DNA of 64,000 nucleotides from Candidatus Daviesbacteria bacterium (GCA_016187025.1 JACPKM010000004.1:228887-292886); one strand, 5' to 3'. Positions 10,204-20,355 are shown, counted from the first letter of the stretch. Program-made: numbers and translations. Notes: generated by a model not told the origin, from the letters alone.

Positions 10204-10778
10204 AAATGAAAAAAAACGAAGGTGGTTTCACTCTTGTAGAAGTGTTAATGGCACTTTTAATATTTTCTGTACTATCAGGCTTCCTTCTTTTGATATTCAC
10301 AAATAGTGCAGGTGTGTTTCAAAGCGAATCAATAAAAATTGAGCAGGGGTTAAACGTAAACGATGCTTTGGCCAAAATTAGGGAAAAAGTTAAACTGGCA
10401 AGTTTCGTGTCAGAACAATTCCAGGATGGTGCAGCAACATTTATTTCCGGTAATGAAATTCTAATCCTGGCAGAATCAAGTATTGACTCAAGCGGAAACT
10501 TAATTCAGGATACCTTTGATTATCATGTTTTTACCAAAGAGGGTGATAAGTTATGGTTTAAGTTATTTGCAAATACTCAAAGCAGCAGAAAAAACCAAAA
10601 CCAGTTACTTACAAAAAATGTAGCAAATATTAAATTTGAGTACTTTGATGCAAATAACCTACCGGTTGCCCCTAAGGATTCTGATAAGGTGAAGGTAACT
10701 TTGGCCTTAAACCAAAAAAATGGATTAAACTTATCAACTATTATTGCAACATCAGATGCAACACTGAGAAATAATTAA
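10200..10778 (+). CDS. Minor pilin, PilW-like (set 2)
   Basis: GG|FTLVEVLMAL; C-terminal ATLRN. Confidence 0.85.
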   Translation: MKMKKNEGGFTLVEVLMALLIFSVLSGFLLLIFTNSAGVFQSESIKIEQGLNVNDALAKIREKVKLASFVSEQFQDGAATFISGNEILILAESSIDSSGNLIQDTFDYHVFTKEGDKLWFKLFANTQSSRKNQNQLLTKNVANIKFEYFDANNLPVAPKDSDKVKVTLALNQKNGLNLSTIIATSDATLRNN

Positions 10779-10779
10779 T

Positions 10780-12558
10780 ATGTTTTTTAAACCTAGAAAC
10801 GAGTCCGGTCAGCTTTTTGCAGCGGTTTTGATAATAACTGCTTTTGTTTTGTTTATTACCCTGATAATAATAACTGGCTCTCAGCTTTACTTCCAAAATA
10901 GCAGCTATTCAATTGAGTCAGAAAAAGCTGTAGCTTTAGCTGAGGCAGGAGTTGATAAAGCTATAGCATCTTTGAATATTACAGGAGGAGCCTACAACGG
11001 AGATGAGGAGGTTAATCTGGGGGAAGGTTCTTTTTCTGTTAATGTTGTTTCCCAGGATGCTGCGACAAAGTTGATTGAGGCAATTGGATATGTGCCCGGT
11101 AAACAAAAACCTAAAATAAAAAGAAAGGTTAAAATCAAACTTACAAAAGGGACTGGTATATCATTTATTTACGGTATTCAAGTGGGTGAAGGGGGGATGG
11201 ATTTAGGAAACGATAATGTAGTAGCCGGGTCTGTATATTCCAATGGTAGTATTACTGCCAAAAATAATAATCAGGTTTCAGGTGATATTTGGGTTGCTAG
11301 TGCTCCTCAAGCCACACCAGACCAAACACAAGACTGTGTAGGGGTGAATTGCCAAGACTTCTTATTTGGAAAAAATATCGGAGGTGAGGTCATTTTAGAT
11401 TTAGCCCAAAGTTTTACCCTTTCTCAATCTAATAATCTAAATAGAGTTAAAGTCAAAATGAAAAAAACCGGTAATCCCTCTGATGTGACAGTAAGAATAA
11501 TGGCAGATAAAAACAACAAGCCAGATAAAAATACCGTACTTGCAACCGGAAACTTAAATAGTAATCTGGTAACTTCTGAATATGGTTGGGTAGAAGTAGC
11601 TTTTGATAAAACACCTGCTCTTTTGGCCGGTACAACATACTGGTTAATGGTTGATACCTCTTTAGATAGCAGTAATTACTGGTCATGGCAAAACGATTTG
11701 GCCAGAAGTTATGGTATGGGAACAGCTTATTGGTCTGATGATTGGCAGAAGGGAAATCCAGTTTGGAGTGAGATATCAGGAGATTTGAGTTTTGAAATCA
11801 TTATGGGTGGATCTCCTAATGTAGTCGATTCTGAACAAGTTTTTAGTGTAGGCGGAGATGTCCACGCCAATACTATCAAAAATCTAACAATTCAAGGAAG
11901 TGCCTACTATAAAACTATTATTACCTCTATGGCTTCCAGTTATTTCCCTGATTCCGAGGATCCCTCTCCTAAAACATTTCCTATCTCAGATGCGAATGTT
12001 GAAAGTTGGAAAGCTGAGGCAGAGACAAACGGTACAGTAACAGGAGATATTGACAGTTGTGTTTCTGCCTTGGAATCAAAAAAAATTGTCGGTAATGTAA
12101 TCTTTAATAGTAATTGCTCGGTAACTATTAAAAGTCCAATTTGGATTACAGGAAATCTAACCTTAAATACCAATAATTCTCTCGTTTTATCAAGTGAATA
12201 CGGCACTACCTCAGGTATTATTATTGTTGATGGGGCTATTGAATTGGGAAGCAATAATAGACTAGAGGGAACTGGTCAAGGCAGTAGTTTATTAATGACT
12301 CTTTCAAGTTATGATTCGAGGACCAATGGTATTTCAGCTATCAAGTTAACCAATATTGGAAACAGCGGAGTGTTTTATGCCAGTAAGGGTATTATCGAAC
12401 CTGGAAATAAGAACAAGTTCAAGGAGCTTACTGCTTGGAAAATAAAGCTTCTCAATAACAGCGAGATAAATTATGAAACTGGTTTGTCCAGCACATTGTT
12501 TTCTTCAGGGCCTTCCGGTTCTTTTTCTCTGGTTAAGGGATCATACCAAGTTAAATAA
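10780..12558 (+). CDS. Large PilX-like pilin (set 2) with inserted beta-sandwich and C-terminal beta-solenoid-like region
   Basis: SG|QLFAAVL lacking Glu5; AVALAEAGVDKAI; DLAQSF...TTYWLMV...DLSFEI insert; GSVYSNG/GDVHAN repeats. Confidence 0.85.
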   Translation: MFFKPRNESGQLFAAVLIITAFVLFITLIIITGSQLYFQNSSYSIESEKAVALAEAGVDKAIASLNITGGAYNGDEEVNLGEGSFSVNVVSQDAATKLIEAIGYVPGKQKPKIKRKVKIKLTKGTGISFIYGIQVGEGGMDLGNDNVVAGSVYSNGSITAKNNNQVSGDIWVASAPQATPDQTQDCVGVNCQDFLFGKNIGGEVILDLAQSFTLSQSNNLNRVKVKMKKTGNPSDVTVRIMADKNNKPDKNTVLATGNLNSNLVTSEYGWVEVAFDKTPALLAGTTYWLMVDTSLDSSNYWSWQNDLARSYGMGTAYWSDDWQKGNPVWSEISGDLSFEIIMGGSPNVVDSEQVFSVGGDVHANTIKNLTIQGSAYYKTIITSMASSYFPDSEDPSPKTFPISDANVESWKAEAETNGTVTGDIDSCVSALESKKIVGNVIFNSNCSVTIKSPIWITGNLTLNTNNSLVLSSEYGTTSGIIIVDGAIELGSNNRLEGTGQGSSLLMTLSSYDSRTNGISAIKLTNIGNSGVFYASKGIIEPGNKNKFKELTAWKIKLLNNSEINYETGLSSTLFSSGPSGSFSLVKGSYQVK

Positions 12559-12560
12559 TG

Positions 12561-12588
12561 TACAATTTACAATAAACAATTTACAATA
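12561..12588. repeat. Heptamer tandem repeat
   Basis: TACAATT TACAATA AACAATT TACAATA between pilX-like gene and pilM. Confidence 0.7.
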
Positions 12589-12593
12589 AAGTT

Positions 12594-13631
12594 ATGGCAA
12601 AAACTAGTATAGGTTTAGATATAGGTTCCTCAATAATAAGGGTTGTTGAACTTGAAAAAGATAAGGAGAGAGTTAAACTAAGATCTTTGGCCAGTATCGC
12701 TTCCCCTCAACCAGGTATGAATGGAGAGGGTGATGTTGAGTTGGAAGCAGTCGCAAGTACCATTAAAAGTCTTCTTACGGCTGCCAAAATTGAGGGTAAA
12801 GATGTTGTTGTTGCACTGCCTGAGTCCAAAGTGTTCACCCGGGTAATTGATGACTTACCCTATTTAACAGATAAAGAACTTTCCTCCTCTATCACCTATG
12901 CTGCTGAAGAGTTTATTCCTCTGCCCCTGACAGATGTGAACCTAAATTGGCAGATACTTTATAGATCAAACCCTAAAGATAAAAATCCGCGTACTGTGGT
13001 ATTTTTAATTGCTTCACCAAAAACCTTAATTAACAAATATGTTAAGGTTTTAACTTATGCAGGAGTTAGGCCTAAAGCCTTAGAAACAGAAACCATGGGA
13101 GCGACCAGGTCTTTGGTTGGCCCTAATCCTTTTGCTCCTACAACCATAATAATTCAGATAGGTAGTTCAACAACGGATTTAACAATTGTATCCAAAGGGT
13201 TAATTTGGTTAACAAGGTCACTGTCTACCGGAGGTTTAGCTCTAACAAGAGCTATAGCCCAGCATTTTAACTTTGAGATGAGTCAGGCTGAGGAGTATAA
13301 AAAAGTGTATGGGATGTTGGAAGATCAGTTGGATGGCAAGGTATACGAGGTCTTAAAACCTCTAATTGATATTATTGCCCAGGAGAGTAAAAGAGTAATC
13401 CAGGCTTTTGCAGAAAAATACCCCACCAGCCAAATAAAAAGAGTTGTTTTGAGCGGAGGTGGAGCGAAAATGCCTGGAATTGTTATTTACTTTGCCTCAC
13501 TCTTAGGGTTGGAAGTCCAGGAAGCTGATCCCTGGTATACAATCATAAAGGACCAAACTCTTGCTACCAAGCTTTCCCAGGATGCTCCAGCTTATTCAGT
13601 CGCGGTTGGCTTGGCGTTAAGAGAGGAGTGA
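12594..13631 (+). CDS. pilM: Type IV pilus assembly protein PilM
   Basis: IGLDIGSS, actin-like fold motifs, VVLSGGGA, YSVAVGLALR. Confidence 0.95.
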   Translation: MAKTSIGLDIGSSIIRVVELEKDKERVKLRSLASIASPQPGMNGEGDVELEAVASTIKSLLTAAKIEGKDVVVALPESKVFTRVIDDLPYLTDKELSSSITYAAEEFIPLPLTDVNLNWQILYRSNPKDKNPRTVVFLIASPKTLINKYVKVLTYAGVRPKALETETMGATRSLVGPNPFAPTTIIIQIGSSTTDLTIVSKGLIWLTRSLSTGGLALTRAIAQHFNFEMSQAEEYKKVYGMLEDQLDGKVYEVLKPLIDIIAQESKRVIQAFAEKYPTSQIKRVVLSGGGAKMPGIVIYFASLLGLEVQEADPWYTIIKDQTLATKLSQDAPAYSVAVGLALREE

Positions 13632-13635
13632 AATT

Positions 13636-14187
13636 ATGCAAAAATTTGCCATATCTATAAACTTGCTTCCTGAAGAATTTATCAAACAGCAGATAAAAAC
13701 GAAGAAATTTTACCAGATTCAGCTAATTGGAACGGTCGTCCTGCTGACCTTCATATTTTTATCCTCTTTCACTACGGCTTTAACTATTTTGCAAAACCAA
13801 AAACTAAAGCGGGTTCAAACAGAGGTATCTGCTGCCCAAACAACAGTTACCAGTTTTGGCAAGACAGAACTGGATCTATTACTACTAAAGAACCGTTTAC
13901 AAGTTGTTAACCAGCTCATAGAGGTTCCTTCAAAGCAGAGGGAGATTTATGAAAAATTATATAAATCCTTACCTCCTTCTATTGTAGTAAGCTCATTTAG
14001 TGTTGATAGTACGGGTAACGTATTAACATCACTTGTCAGTACCGATATTAAGATTTTAGATGATTTTATAAATAAACTTACAAGCGAAAATGAGCAATAT
14101 AAATTTGTCAAAGAAGTAAAAATTGAGACTCTAAACAGAGGAAGAGACGGAGCTTTTAGATCTACCATAAGAATCAATAACCAATAA
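13636..14187 (+). CDS. pilN: PilN-like protein
   Basis: INLLP motif, one TM, coiled coil; follows pilM. Confidence 0.85.
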   Translation: MQKFAISINLLPEEFIKQQIKTKKFYQIQLIGTVVLLTFIFLSSFTTALTILQNQKLKRVQTEVSAAQTTVTSFGKTELDLLLLKNRLQVVNQLIEVPSKQREIYEKLYKSLPPSIVVSSFSVDSTGNVLTSLVSTDIKILDDFINKLTSENEQYKFVKEVKIETLNRGRDGAFRSTIRINNQ

Positions 14188-14190
14188 TGT

Positions 14191-14886
14191 ATGCAACAGA
14201 AATCTCTCTTAGCTTTATACACAAAATATAAATTATATATTTACCCGGTACTTATAGTTTTGGCTTGCCTGATACTAACTTTTACAGTCATTCTTTCGCA
14301 GGTGACAAAGTTTTTAACAAATAGTAAAACCGAATCAGAACTGGTAAATAAGTTAAAAAATATGGAAGTGAAAGCAGATGAACTTGAACAGCTGAGTAAT
14401 AGAGACTTGTCTAAAGATGTTAATGTGGCTTTGTTTGCTTACCCAAGTGAAAAAGATTACGGGCAAGTTATTGGCCTGGTGCAGAGAATTACGGCACAAT
14501 CAGGATTTAATATTAGTAATTTTCAGTTTAATGATATTTCTGAAGCAGCACAATTTGGATCAGCCTATGGAATTAAGTTAGAGGTTTTAGGAGCCAAAGA
14601 CAGGCTTAGCGAGCTGATTGAAAAGCTGGAGGCTCCGCCAAGATTACTCAAGGTAAGAACTTTAGGTATAAACTCGGGAGCAGATAATACTATAGTTACA
14701 GCTGTAATCTCTTTGCATGCTTATTACTCTGACTTATCGAAAAATGCGAAAGTCCTTCCTGATCAGCCGCTATCTAAGCTTTCTGATACAGATGAGGGTG
14801 TTTTGCGTGAACTGTCGAGATATGATGTTTTGAGTGGGTCTTCCAATTTATATAAACCTCATGGTAAAGTAAACCCATTTGAGTAA
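14191..14886 (+). CDS. pilO: PilO-like protein
   Basis: One TM plus coiled coil, C-terminal GKVNPFE; follows pilN. Confidence 0.75.
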   Translation: MQQKSLLALYTKYKLYIYPVLIVLACLILTFTVILSQVTKFLTNSKTESELVNKLKNMEVKADELEQLSNRDLSKDVNVALFAYPSEKDYGQVIGLVQRITAQSGFNISNFQFNDISEAAQFGSAYGIKLEVLGAKDRLSELIEKLEAPPRLLKVRTLGINSGADNTIVTAVISLHAYYSDLSKNAKVLPDQPLSKLSDTDEGVLRELSRYDVLSGSSNLYKPHGKVNPFE

Positions 14887-14889
14887 AGT

Positions 14890-15579
14890 TTAAGTTTTTT
14901 GCACTAAATCAGGGCGTACTTTTTCCGTTTTTTCAATAGATTTTTTACCTCTCCACTCTTTTATCAGTTTATGATCACCTGAGAGTAAAATAGAGGGAAC
15001 TGCTAAACCTTCAAAGTTTTCCGGCCGGGTATATTGTGGATGCTCCAACGTGTTGTCAGTGAAAGATTCATTGATTGTTGCTTCCTCTTTTTCTAAAACA
15101 CCGGGTATAAGTCTTGTGACTGAATCAACTATTACAAGAGCAGGAATCTCCCCTCCGGTTAAAACATAATCACCAATGGTAATTTCCTCATCAACGTAGT
15201 TATCAATAAACCTTTGGTCAACTCCCTCATAGTGACCACAAACTATGATGAGATGATCTAACTCTGAAAATTCTTTAGCTTTAGATTGTTTATACGGAAT
15301 GCCGGAAGCAGACATTAAAACAGTTTTTAGTTCGTAGTTTTTAGTTCGTAGTTTGAGAAGCGGTTTTACAGCTTTAGCTAAGATGTCTGCACGGAAAACC
15401 ATACCTGCTCCCCCACCATATGGCCGGTCATCAACTACCTTATGCTTACCTTCACCAAAATCCCGCAAATTAACAAGATCAAAAACTACTTTGCCTTTTT
15501 GCTGAGCTCTTTTGAGAATACTGCTGTTTAAGAATGGTTCAATGCTTTCTGGAAAAAGGGTGATTATGGAAATCTTCAT
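14890..15579 (-). CDS. trmD: tRNA (guanine37-N1)-methyltransferase
   Basis: VDDRPYGGGAGMV, CGHYEGVDQR, IGDYVLTGGE, LEHPQYTRP. Confidence 0.98.
   Translation of the reverse strand: MKISIITLFPESIEPFLNSSILKRAQQKGKVVFDLVNLRDFGEGKHKVVDDRPYGGGAGMVFRADILAKAVKPLLKLRTKNYELKTVLMSASGIPYKQSKAKEFSELDHLIIVCGHYEGVDQRFIDNYVDEEITIGDYVLTGGEIPALVIVDSVTRLIPGVLEKEEATINESFTDNTLEHPQYTRPENFEGLAVPSILLSGDHKLIKEWRGKKSIEKTEKVRPDLVQKT
15322..15354. repeat. Heptamer tandem repeat inside trmD (encodes KLRTKNYELKT)
   Basis: AGTTTTT AGTTCGT AGTTTTT AGTTCGT AGTTT. Confidence 0.7.
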
Positions 15580-15612
15580 GTTAAGTAACTCGTAACTTGT
15601 GACAAGTAAATT

Positions 15613-15885
15613 CTAACTTGTTACTTGTGCCTTGTCACCTGTTACCCCAGTAGCTGGTTCAACAAGTTGCAGATTAACCCTGACATTTTCTGCAATAGCC
15701 CGGACTGTTAGGAGTTTTCTTATTGCTTTAATAGTTTGTCCTTTTTTGCCAATAATAATTCCCATATCTTCCGGAGCAACAGTCAAGGTCAAATTAACAT
15801 CTCCTTCATCGGTTTGCTCACCAATTTCGACTGCGTCTGGCTTTGTCACGAGGCTTGTAACGATGTAGCTTAAAAGATCTTTCAT
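15613..15885 (-). CDS. khpA: KH-domain RNA-binding protein
   Basis: DMGIIIGKKGQTIKAIR; between rpsP and trmD. Confidence 0.92.
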   Translation of the reverse strand: MKDLLSYIVTSLVTKPDAVEIGEQTDEGDVNLTLTVAPEDMGIIIGKKGQTIKAIRKLLTVRAIAENVRVNLQLVEPATGVTGDKAQVTS

Positions 15886-16229
15886 TCCGTAACTTCCTTT
15901 TTCTCAGATTCAACAGCAATTTCTGGTTGTGGTTGAGGAGTTGCCTGGGATTCTACTGGAGCGCTTTTTGCTTTTTTAGGTTTTCCCGGTGCTCTTTGAG
16001 GAGCTTTGCCAATGATTCTTAAAAACCCAACTGATAGTTGAGCGCCATTTTTTACCCAGTGGTCGATTCTGTCTTGATTTAGTTTAACCTCTTTTGGTTG
16101 GGTCAGGGGGTTATAAGTGCCGAGAGATTCGATATAACCACCGGTTCTTTTAGAACGTTCATCAACCGCCACCACGCGGTAAAATGGCCTTTTTCTTGAA
16201 CCTATTCTCATCAGTCTTACTTTAAGCAT
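15882..16229 (-). CDS. rpsP: 30S ribosomal protein S16
   Basis: MLKVRLMRIGSRKRPFYRVV...LGTYNP; ATG 16229 taken as start; Pro/Gln-rich tail. Confidence 0.97.
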   Translation of the reverse strand: MLKVRLMRIGSRKRPFYRVVAVDERSKRTGGYIESLGTYNPLTQPKEVKLNQDRIDHWVKNGAQLSVGFLRIIGKAPQRAPGKPKKAKSAPVESQATPQPQPEIAVESEKKEVTE

Positions 16230-16277
16230 GGAATGAATTTTAACAATTACTGCACCAAATGGCAATCCCTGATTAAT

Positions 16278-16973
16278 TTATGGGGTGGTGAGGACTTTTA
16301 AGGCATTTGCTGCTGCGTTTTCTTCAGCTTCCTGTTTATTGCTGCCTTTACCTTTGCTGATGTTTTTGCCTGATATAAATACCCCGACTGTAAACTCTTT
16401 TGCATGGTCCGGGCCCTCAGTTGTTATGACCCGGTATTGAGGAGATTCCTTAAGTTTCTCCTGAACAACTTCTTGGAGTTGGCTTTTGGCATCTTTTGGA
16501 GGCCCAAAATGAATCTCTTTTTCAAACAGCGGAAGAAGGGTTTTTTCTATAAAGCTTTTGGCTGCCTCTAAACCTTTATCAATAAAAATGGTACCGATTA
16601 ATGCTTCATAGGTGTTGGCAAGAAGTTGTGGGTTTTCCCTTCCACCTGAGGCATCCTCCCCTTTGGACAAAAACAAATACTCACCCAAACCAAGCTGCTG
16701 GGCTGCCTTTGCCAAAGAAGGTGTTTTTACAATATATGACCTAAGGTTTGTTAAATCCCCTTCTGTATCGTCTGGTCTTTTGACATACAAAATATTTGAA
16801 ATCACAAAGGACAAGATAGTGTCACCTAAAAACTCCAATCTCTCATTTGACTGGATTTTTATTTTGGTCTCATTTAAGTAAGACCTGTGTATAAATGCTT
16901 GTTTTAGGAGATTTGAATCATCAAACTTGAGACCCAAACTTACCAAAAGTTTGTTAAACTTACCTTCACCCAT
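16278..16973 (-). CDS. rnc: Ribonuclease III
   Basis: NERLEFLGD signature; dsRBD DAKSQLQE...GPDHAKEF. Confidence 0.98.
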   Translation of the reverse strand: MGEGKFNKLLVSLGLKFDDSNLLKQAFIHRSYLNETKIKIQSNERLEFLGDTILSFVISNILYVKRPDDTEGDLTNLRSYIVKTPSLAKAAQQLGLGEYLFLSKGEDASGGRENPQLLANTYEALIGTIFIDKGLEAAKSFIEKTLLPLFEKEIHFGPPKDAKSQLQEVVQEKLKESPQYRVITTEGPDHAKEFTVGVFISGKNISKGKGSNKQEAEENAAANALKVLTTP

Positions 16974-16977
16974 AAAC

Positions 16978-17214
16978 TTATTCTAAAGAGTTATCTTCTA
17001 CAAGCACCAAAAGATCTTCTAACTTCTGCAAGTTTTCAACATCTTCAGGCTCAAAAGTGATGTTGTATTTTTGAGATAACTCATGCAAAAGATCATTTAA
17101 CTCAATTGGTCCTAACCCGAGATCTTCTCTTAACAGACTTTGTTTATCAAGATCTTCGGCAGATAACCCTAAATGTTCTGCTATTGTTTCCAAGATTTCT
17201 CTATTTGTTGGCAT
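16978..17214 (-). CDS. Acyl carrier protein-like, lacking the phosphopantetheine serine
   Basis: 78 aa, acidic, ACP pattern LREDLGL..IEL..L...Y.I; position between nusB and rnc; DSL replaced by GPI. Confidence 0.8.
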   Translation of the reverse strand: MPTNREILETIAEHLGLSAEDLDKQSLLREDLGLGPIELNDLLHELSQKYNITFEPEDVENLQKLEDLLVLVEDNSLE

Positions 17215-17230
17215 ATAGACACCTCCTTAA

Positions 17231-17593
17231 TTATATGATTTTTTCTGATTCTATTAACTTTCCCAAGACTCCATTAATAAAACCCGGGCTTGACTGGGCT
17301 CCAAACTCTTTGGCCAATTCAATTGCTTCATCTACGACCACTTTTGGTGGTGTGCCCTTCTTAATTATTAACTCAAAAATTGCTAAACGCAAGATAGCTA
17401 AATCAACCCGGTTGATTTGTTCTACAGGCCTATCTGGAGCCGATTGGGCTATAAGTTTATCAATCTTTTTTAAATTGTCAACTATAGGTTTAGATTTGCT
17501 AGACACAGTATTTACGTTGCTAAAATTCCAGGAAAAAAGCTCTTGCATCAGCCGGATACGTTTGATGTGTCTTGGGTCTGATTTGGTTTTCAT
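17231..17593 (-). CDS. nusB: Transcription antitermination factor NusB
   Basis: VDLAILRLAIFEL...VVVDEAIELAKEFG...FINGVLG. Confidence 0.96.
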   Translation of the reverse strand: MKTKSDPRHIKRIRLMQELFSWNFSNVNTVSSKSKPIVDNLKKIDKLIAQSAPDRPVEQINRVDLAILRLAIFELIIKKGTPPKVVVDEAIELAKEFGAQSSPGFINGVLGKLIESEKII

Positions 17594-17790
17594 TAAACCT
17601 TTGTTACTTTGACGGCTCCAGAGGAAACTTGTTTGTCACCATAAAAACCACACTCTTTACAAACAATGTGTGGAAGAGTTGGCTTGCCGCAATTCTTGCA
17701 TACAACCAAACTTGCTTGCTTTAACATTATTGAAGCACGTCTTGTTCTTTTCCGTGCTTTAGAGTGTCTACGCTTCGGTTCCTGAGACAT
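17593..17790 (-). CDS. rpmF: 50S ribosomal protein L32
   Basis: PKRRHSKARKRTRR; CKNCG...PHIVCKECGFY. Confidence 0.96.
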   Translation of the reverse strand: MSQEPKRRHSKARKRTRRASIMLKQASLVVCKNCGKPTLPHIVCKECGFYGDKQVSSGAVKVTKV

Positions 17791-17799
17791 AAAAATTTA

Positions 17800-19818
17800 C
17801 TAGTCAGGCATTACTTCTTTTGCCAAACTGGATAATTTTGCCTGAAGGGGTGGATATTTGTCAAGCGTAGGATCATCAGACAAAATATTTTTTGCAGCCT
17901 CCCTTGTTTTTTCAATTAATGTCAGATCAGAAAATGAGGCTATTTTTAAATCAAACCTGCCTGATTGTCTGGTGCCAAAAATTTCCCCTGCTCCCCTAAT
18001 TTTTAAATCTAGTTCTGCCAATTTTAATCCATCATCAATTTTTTCTAGGTTTTTTAGCCTGCTTATGGCTGATGAGTCAGAGCCTTCAGTAAAAAGCAAA
18101 CAATAAGATTGCTTCTCACCTCTGCCTACCCTGCCTCTTAGCTGATGCAGTTGTGCCAAACCAAACCTTTCAGCAGACTCTATTACCATGATTGTGGCAT
18201 TTGTTACATCAACCCCTACTTCGACAACGGAGGTGGCAACCAGGATATCTATTTTTTTATCTTTAAAACCGTTTAACACTTGCTCCTTCTCTTTTGATTT
18301 TAGTCTTCCATGTAAAATTCCAAGTTTTAGATCAGAAAAAACTTGCTTTTGTAGTTTTTCATACTCATAAGTTGCAGCTTTTGCCGAGGTTAAGGTTTCT
18401 GAAAGCTCAATTAAGGGGGTAATTATGTAAGCCTGATCACCGTCTTTAACTTTTTTTCTGATAAACTCATATGCATCAGTTCGTTTTTTTGATGGAACCA
18501 CATGAGTATTTATCTTTTTCCGGCCTTTTGGCAGCTCATCTATTACTGAGATATCCAAATCTCCATATAAAGTTAAGGCAACAGTCCTTGGAATGGGTGT
18601 AGCAGTAGTTGTTAAAAAATGGGGTAGTTTGCCCCTGCTTCTCAAAACCGTTCTCTGCCCTACCCCAAACCTTTGCTGCTCATCTATGATGACTAAACCT
18701 ACATCTTCGGTAATTAATTTATCTGAGAGTAAAGCATGGGTGCCGATTATCACATCTCCTTTTTCAGATTTTCTGCTTCCTGTATAAATTCCAACTTTGA
18801 TCCCCATTGGCTCAAGCAGTCTTGAAACAGTAGACAGATGCTGAAAAGCCAAAACCTCAGTAGGAGCCATAAAAAGAGTTTTGAGGCTGTTTAAATAAGT
18901 TACATACATAATCACAGCTGCAACAACAGTTTTACCAGAGCCTACCTCGCCTTGTATCAGCCGGTTCATCGGTTGGTTTCTCCCCAAATCATTTAGAACA
19001 TCTTTTATTACTCTTTTTTGAGCAGAGGTTAGCTCAAATGGCAGCCCTTTTATAAACTTTTCTACTTTTTTTATATTGGGGTTTAAAGGTTTGGTAGCAG
19101 GTTTATTTTTCCAGCTCAACCTCATCTTTTGGGTTGCCAGCTGAATATAGAAAAGCTCATCAAAGCCGAGTCTCTCTTTTGCTTTTTGCACATCTTCATA
19201 ATTTTTTGGAAAATGTATTTTGGAAATTGCATCATCTAAATCAAGCATGCTATCTTTAACCTCCTTTGGCAAAGGATCACTGATTTGCTCTTTCACCTTG
19301 GGAAGCATTTGAGAGATTTTTGCTCTTAACCATTTCGAAGTCAGCCCATAAGTTTCAGGATAAACAGGAACCAGTCTGCCAGTATGTAAGGTTGTAGTGG
19401 GTAGTGAGTAGGTTTCAGGTAACTTCTCCCAAACAGGGGCAACTATAGAGATTTTATTTTTGTATTTGCTCACTTTGCCTGAAACCTGTAACCTGTCACC
19501 TGTTTTTATCTGTTTTGTGAGCCAGCTTTGGTGAAACCAGGTTAACTCAATAGGACTGGTGCCATCATTAAAAATTGCCTGAGTAATGATTTTTCTTGAT
19601 CTGGTGAAGATGTTTCTAATTGACCAAATTTCGCCCTGTAAGGTCACTTTTTCACCTACTTTAGCATCTAAAGCACTAGATACATTGGAAAAATCATCAT
19701 ACCTAAAAGGGAAATGATAAATTAGATCTTCCAGAGTATAAAGGTTTAGCCTCTCTAGCTTTTTTGCAGTTGTGTACCCGATTCCTGATATTTGACTTAG
19801 CTGAAGCTTTAAATCCAT
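17800..19818 (-). CDS. recG: ATP-dependent DNA helicase RecG
   Basis: MNRLIQGEVGSGKT, DEQQRFG, TATPIPRT, QLHQLRGRVGRG, wedge domain. Confidence 0.98.
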   Translation of the reverse strand: MDLKLQLSQISGIGYTTAKKLERLNLYTLEDLIYHFPFRYDDFSNVSSALDAKVGEKVTLQGEIWSIRNIFTRSRKIITQAIFNDGTSPIELTWFHQSWLTKQIKTGDRLQVSGKVSKYKNKISIVAPVWEKLPETYSLPTTTLHTGRLVPVYPETYGLTSKWLRAKISQMLPKVKEQISDPLPKEVKDSMLDLDDAISKIHFPKNYEDVQKAKERLGFDELFYIQLATQKMRLSWKNKPATKPLNPNIKKVEKFIKGLPFELTSAQKRVIKDVLNDLGRNQPMNRLIQGEVGSGKTVVAAVIMYVTYLNSLKTLFMAPTEVLAFQHLSTVSRLLEPMGIKVGIYTGSRKSEKGDVIIGTHALLSDKLITEDVGLVIIDEQQRFGVGQRTVLRSRGKLPHFLTTTATPIPRTVALTLYGDLDISVIDELPKGRKKINTHVVPSKKRTDAYEFIRKKVKDGDQAYIITPLIELSETLTSAKAATYEYEKLQKQVFSDLKLGILHGRLKSKEKEQVLNGFKDKKIDILVATSVVEVGVDVTNATIMVIESAERFGLAQLHQLRGRVGRGEKQSYCLLFTEGSDSSAISRLKNLEKIDDGLKLAELDLKIRGAGEIFGTRQSGRFDLKIASFSDLTLIEKTREAAKNILSDDPTLDKYPPLQAKLSSLAKEVMPD
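19613..19722. repeat. 110-bp direct repeat, copy 1 (recG 5' region)
   Basis: Matches 20515-20624 with two mismatches by manual alignment. Confidence 0.9.
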
Positions 19819-19955
19819 TACGGGGATATTTTACTATAGATTGGTTTGCTACGGGGTTACTAATAACTAAACAAGCTAGTAATTCGGGTTTTATTTGGTA
19901 TAAACTGGAGTAAGCAGTTGATGCTATAATTCGAGCAAAGCGAGAATCCTAAAAT

Positions 19956-20350
19956 ATGCTTCCCAATAGAGTTTATTGTTATGTTGATGAAAGTGGCCAA
20001 GATACTGAAGGTGAAATCTTTCTATACTAACAATTGCTAAAACAGTTTTTGCCATTAAAGACTATAAAGAGCACAGATTTATTGTTTTAGTAGATGGGTT
20101 AGGTAAAAAGGATCAAAAATATTATGGTTCAGAGCTTAGAAAACTTGGTGTTCCCTCAAGGGAGGTAAAAGGAGTAACGAGAGATCAAAGTGATGCCTTA
20201 ATAAGGCTTGCTGATAGCATAGCTGGTTTTGTTAGAGATGTAATTGAGAGTAAAGATAAGGATAAGCAGAGCTTGCAAGATAAATCTTTTAAAAAGCTTG
20301 AATCGCTTTTTGAAAAGGCGGTTGATGATAACATACTGGTTGAGGTTTAG
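19956..20350 (+). pseudogene. DUF3800-family gene, frameshifted and probably internally deleted
   Basis: MLPNRVYCYVDESGQDTEGEIFLY* then a second frame ...VLVDGLG...ELRKLGV...VKGV.RDQSDALIRLADSIAGFVRD...LVEV*; upstream TGcTATAAT at 19922-19930. Confidence 0.75.
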
Positions 20351-20355
20351 GCCAT

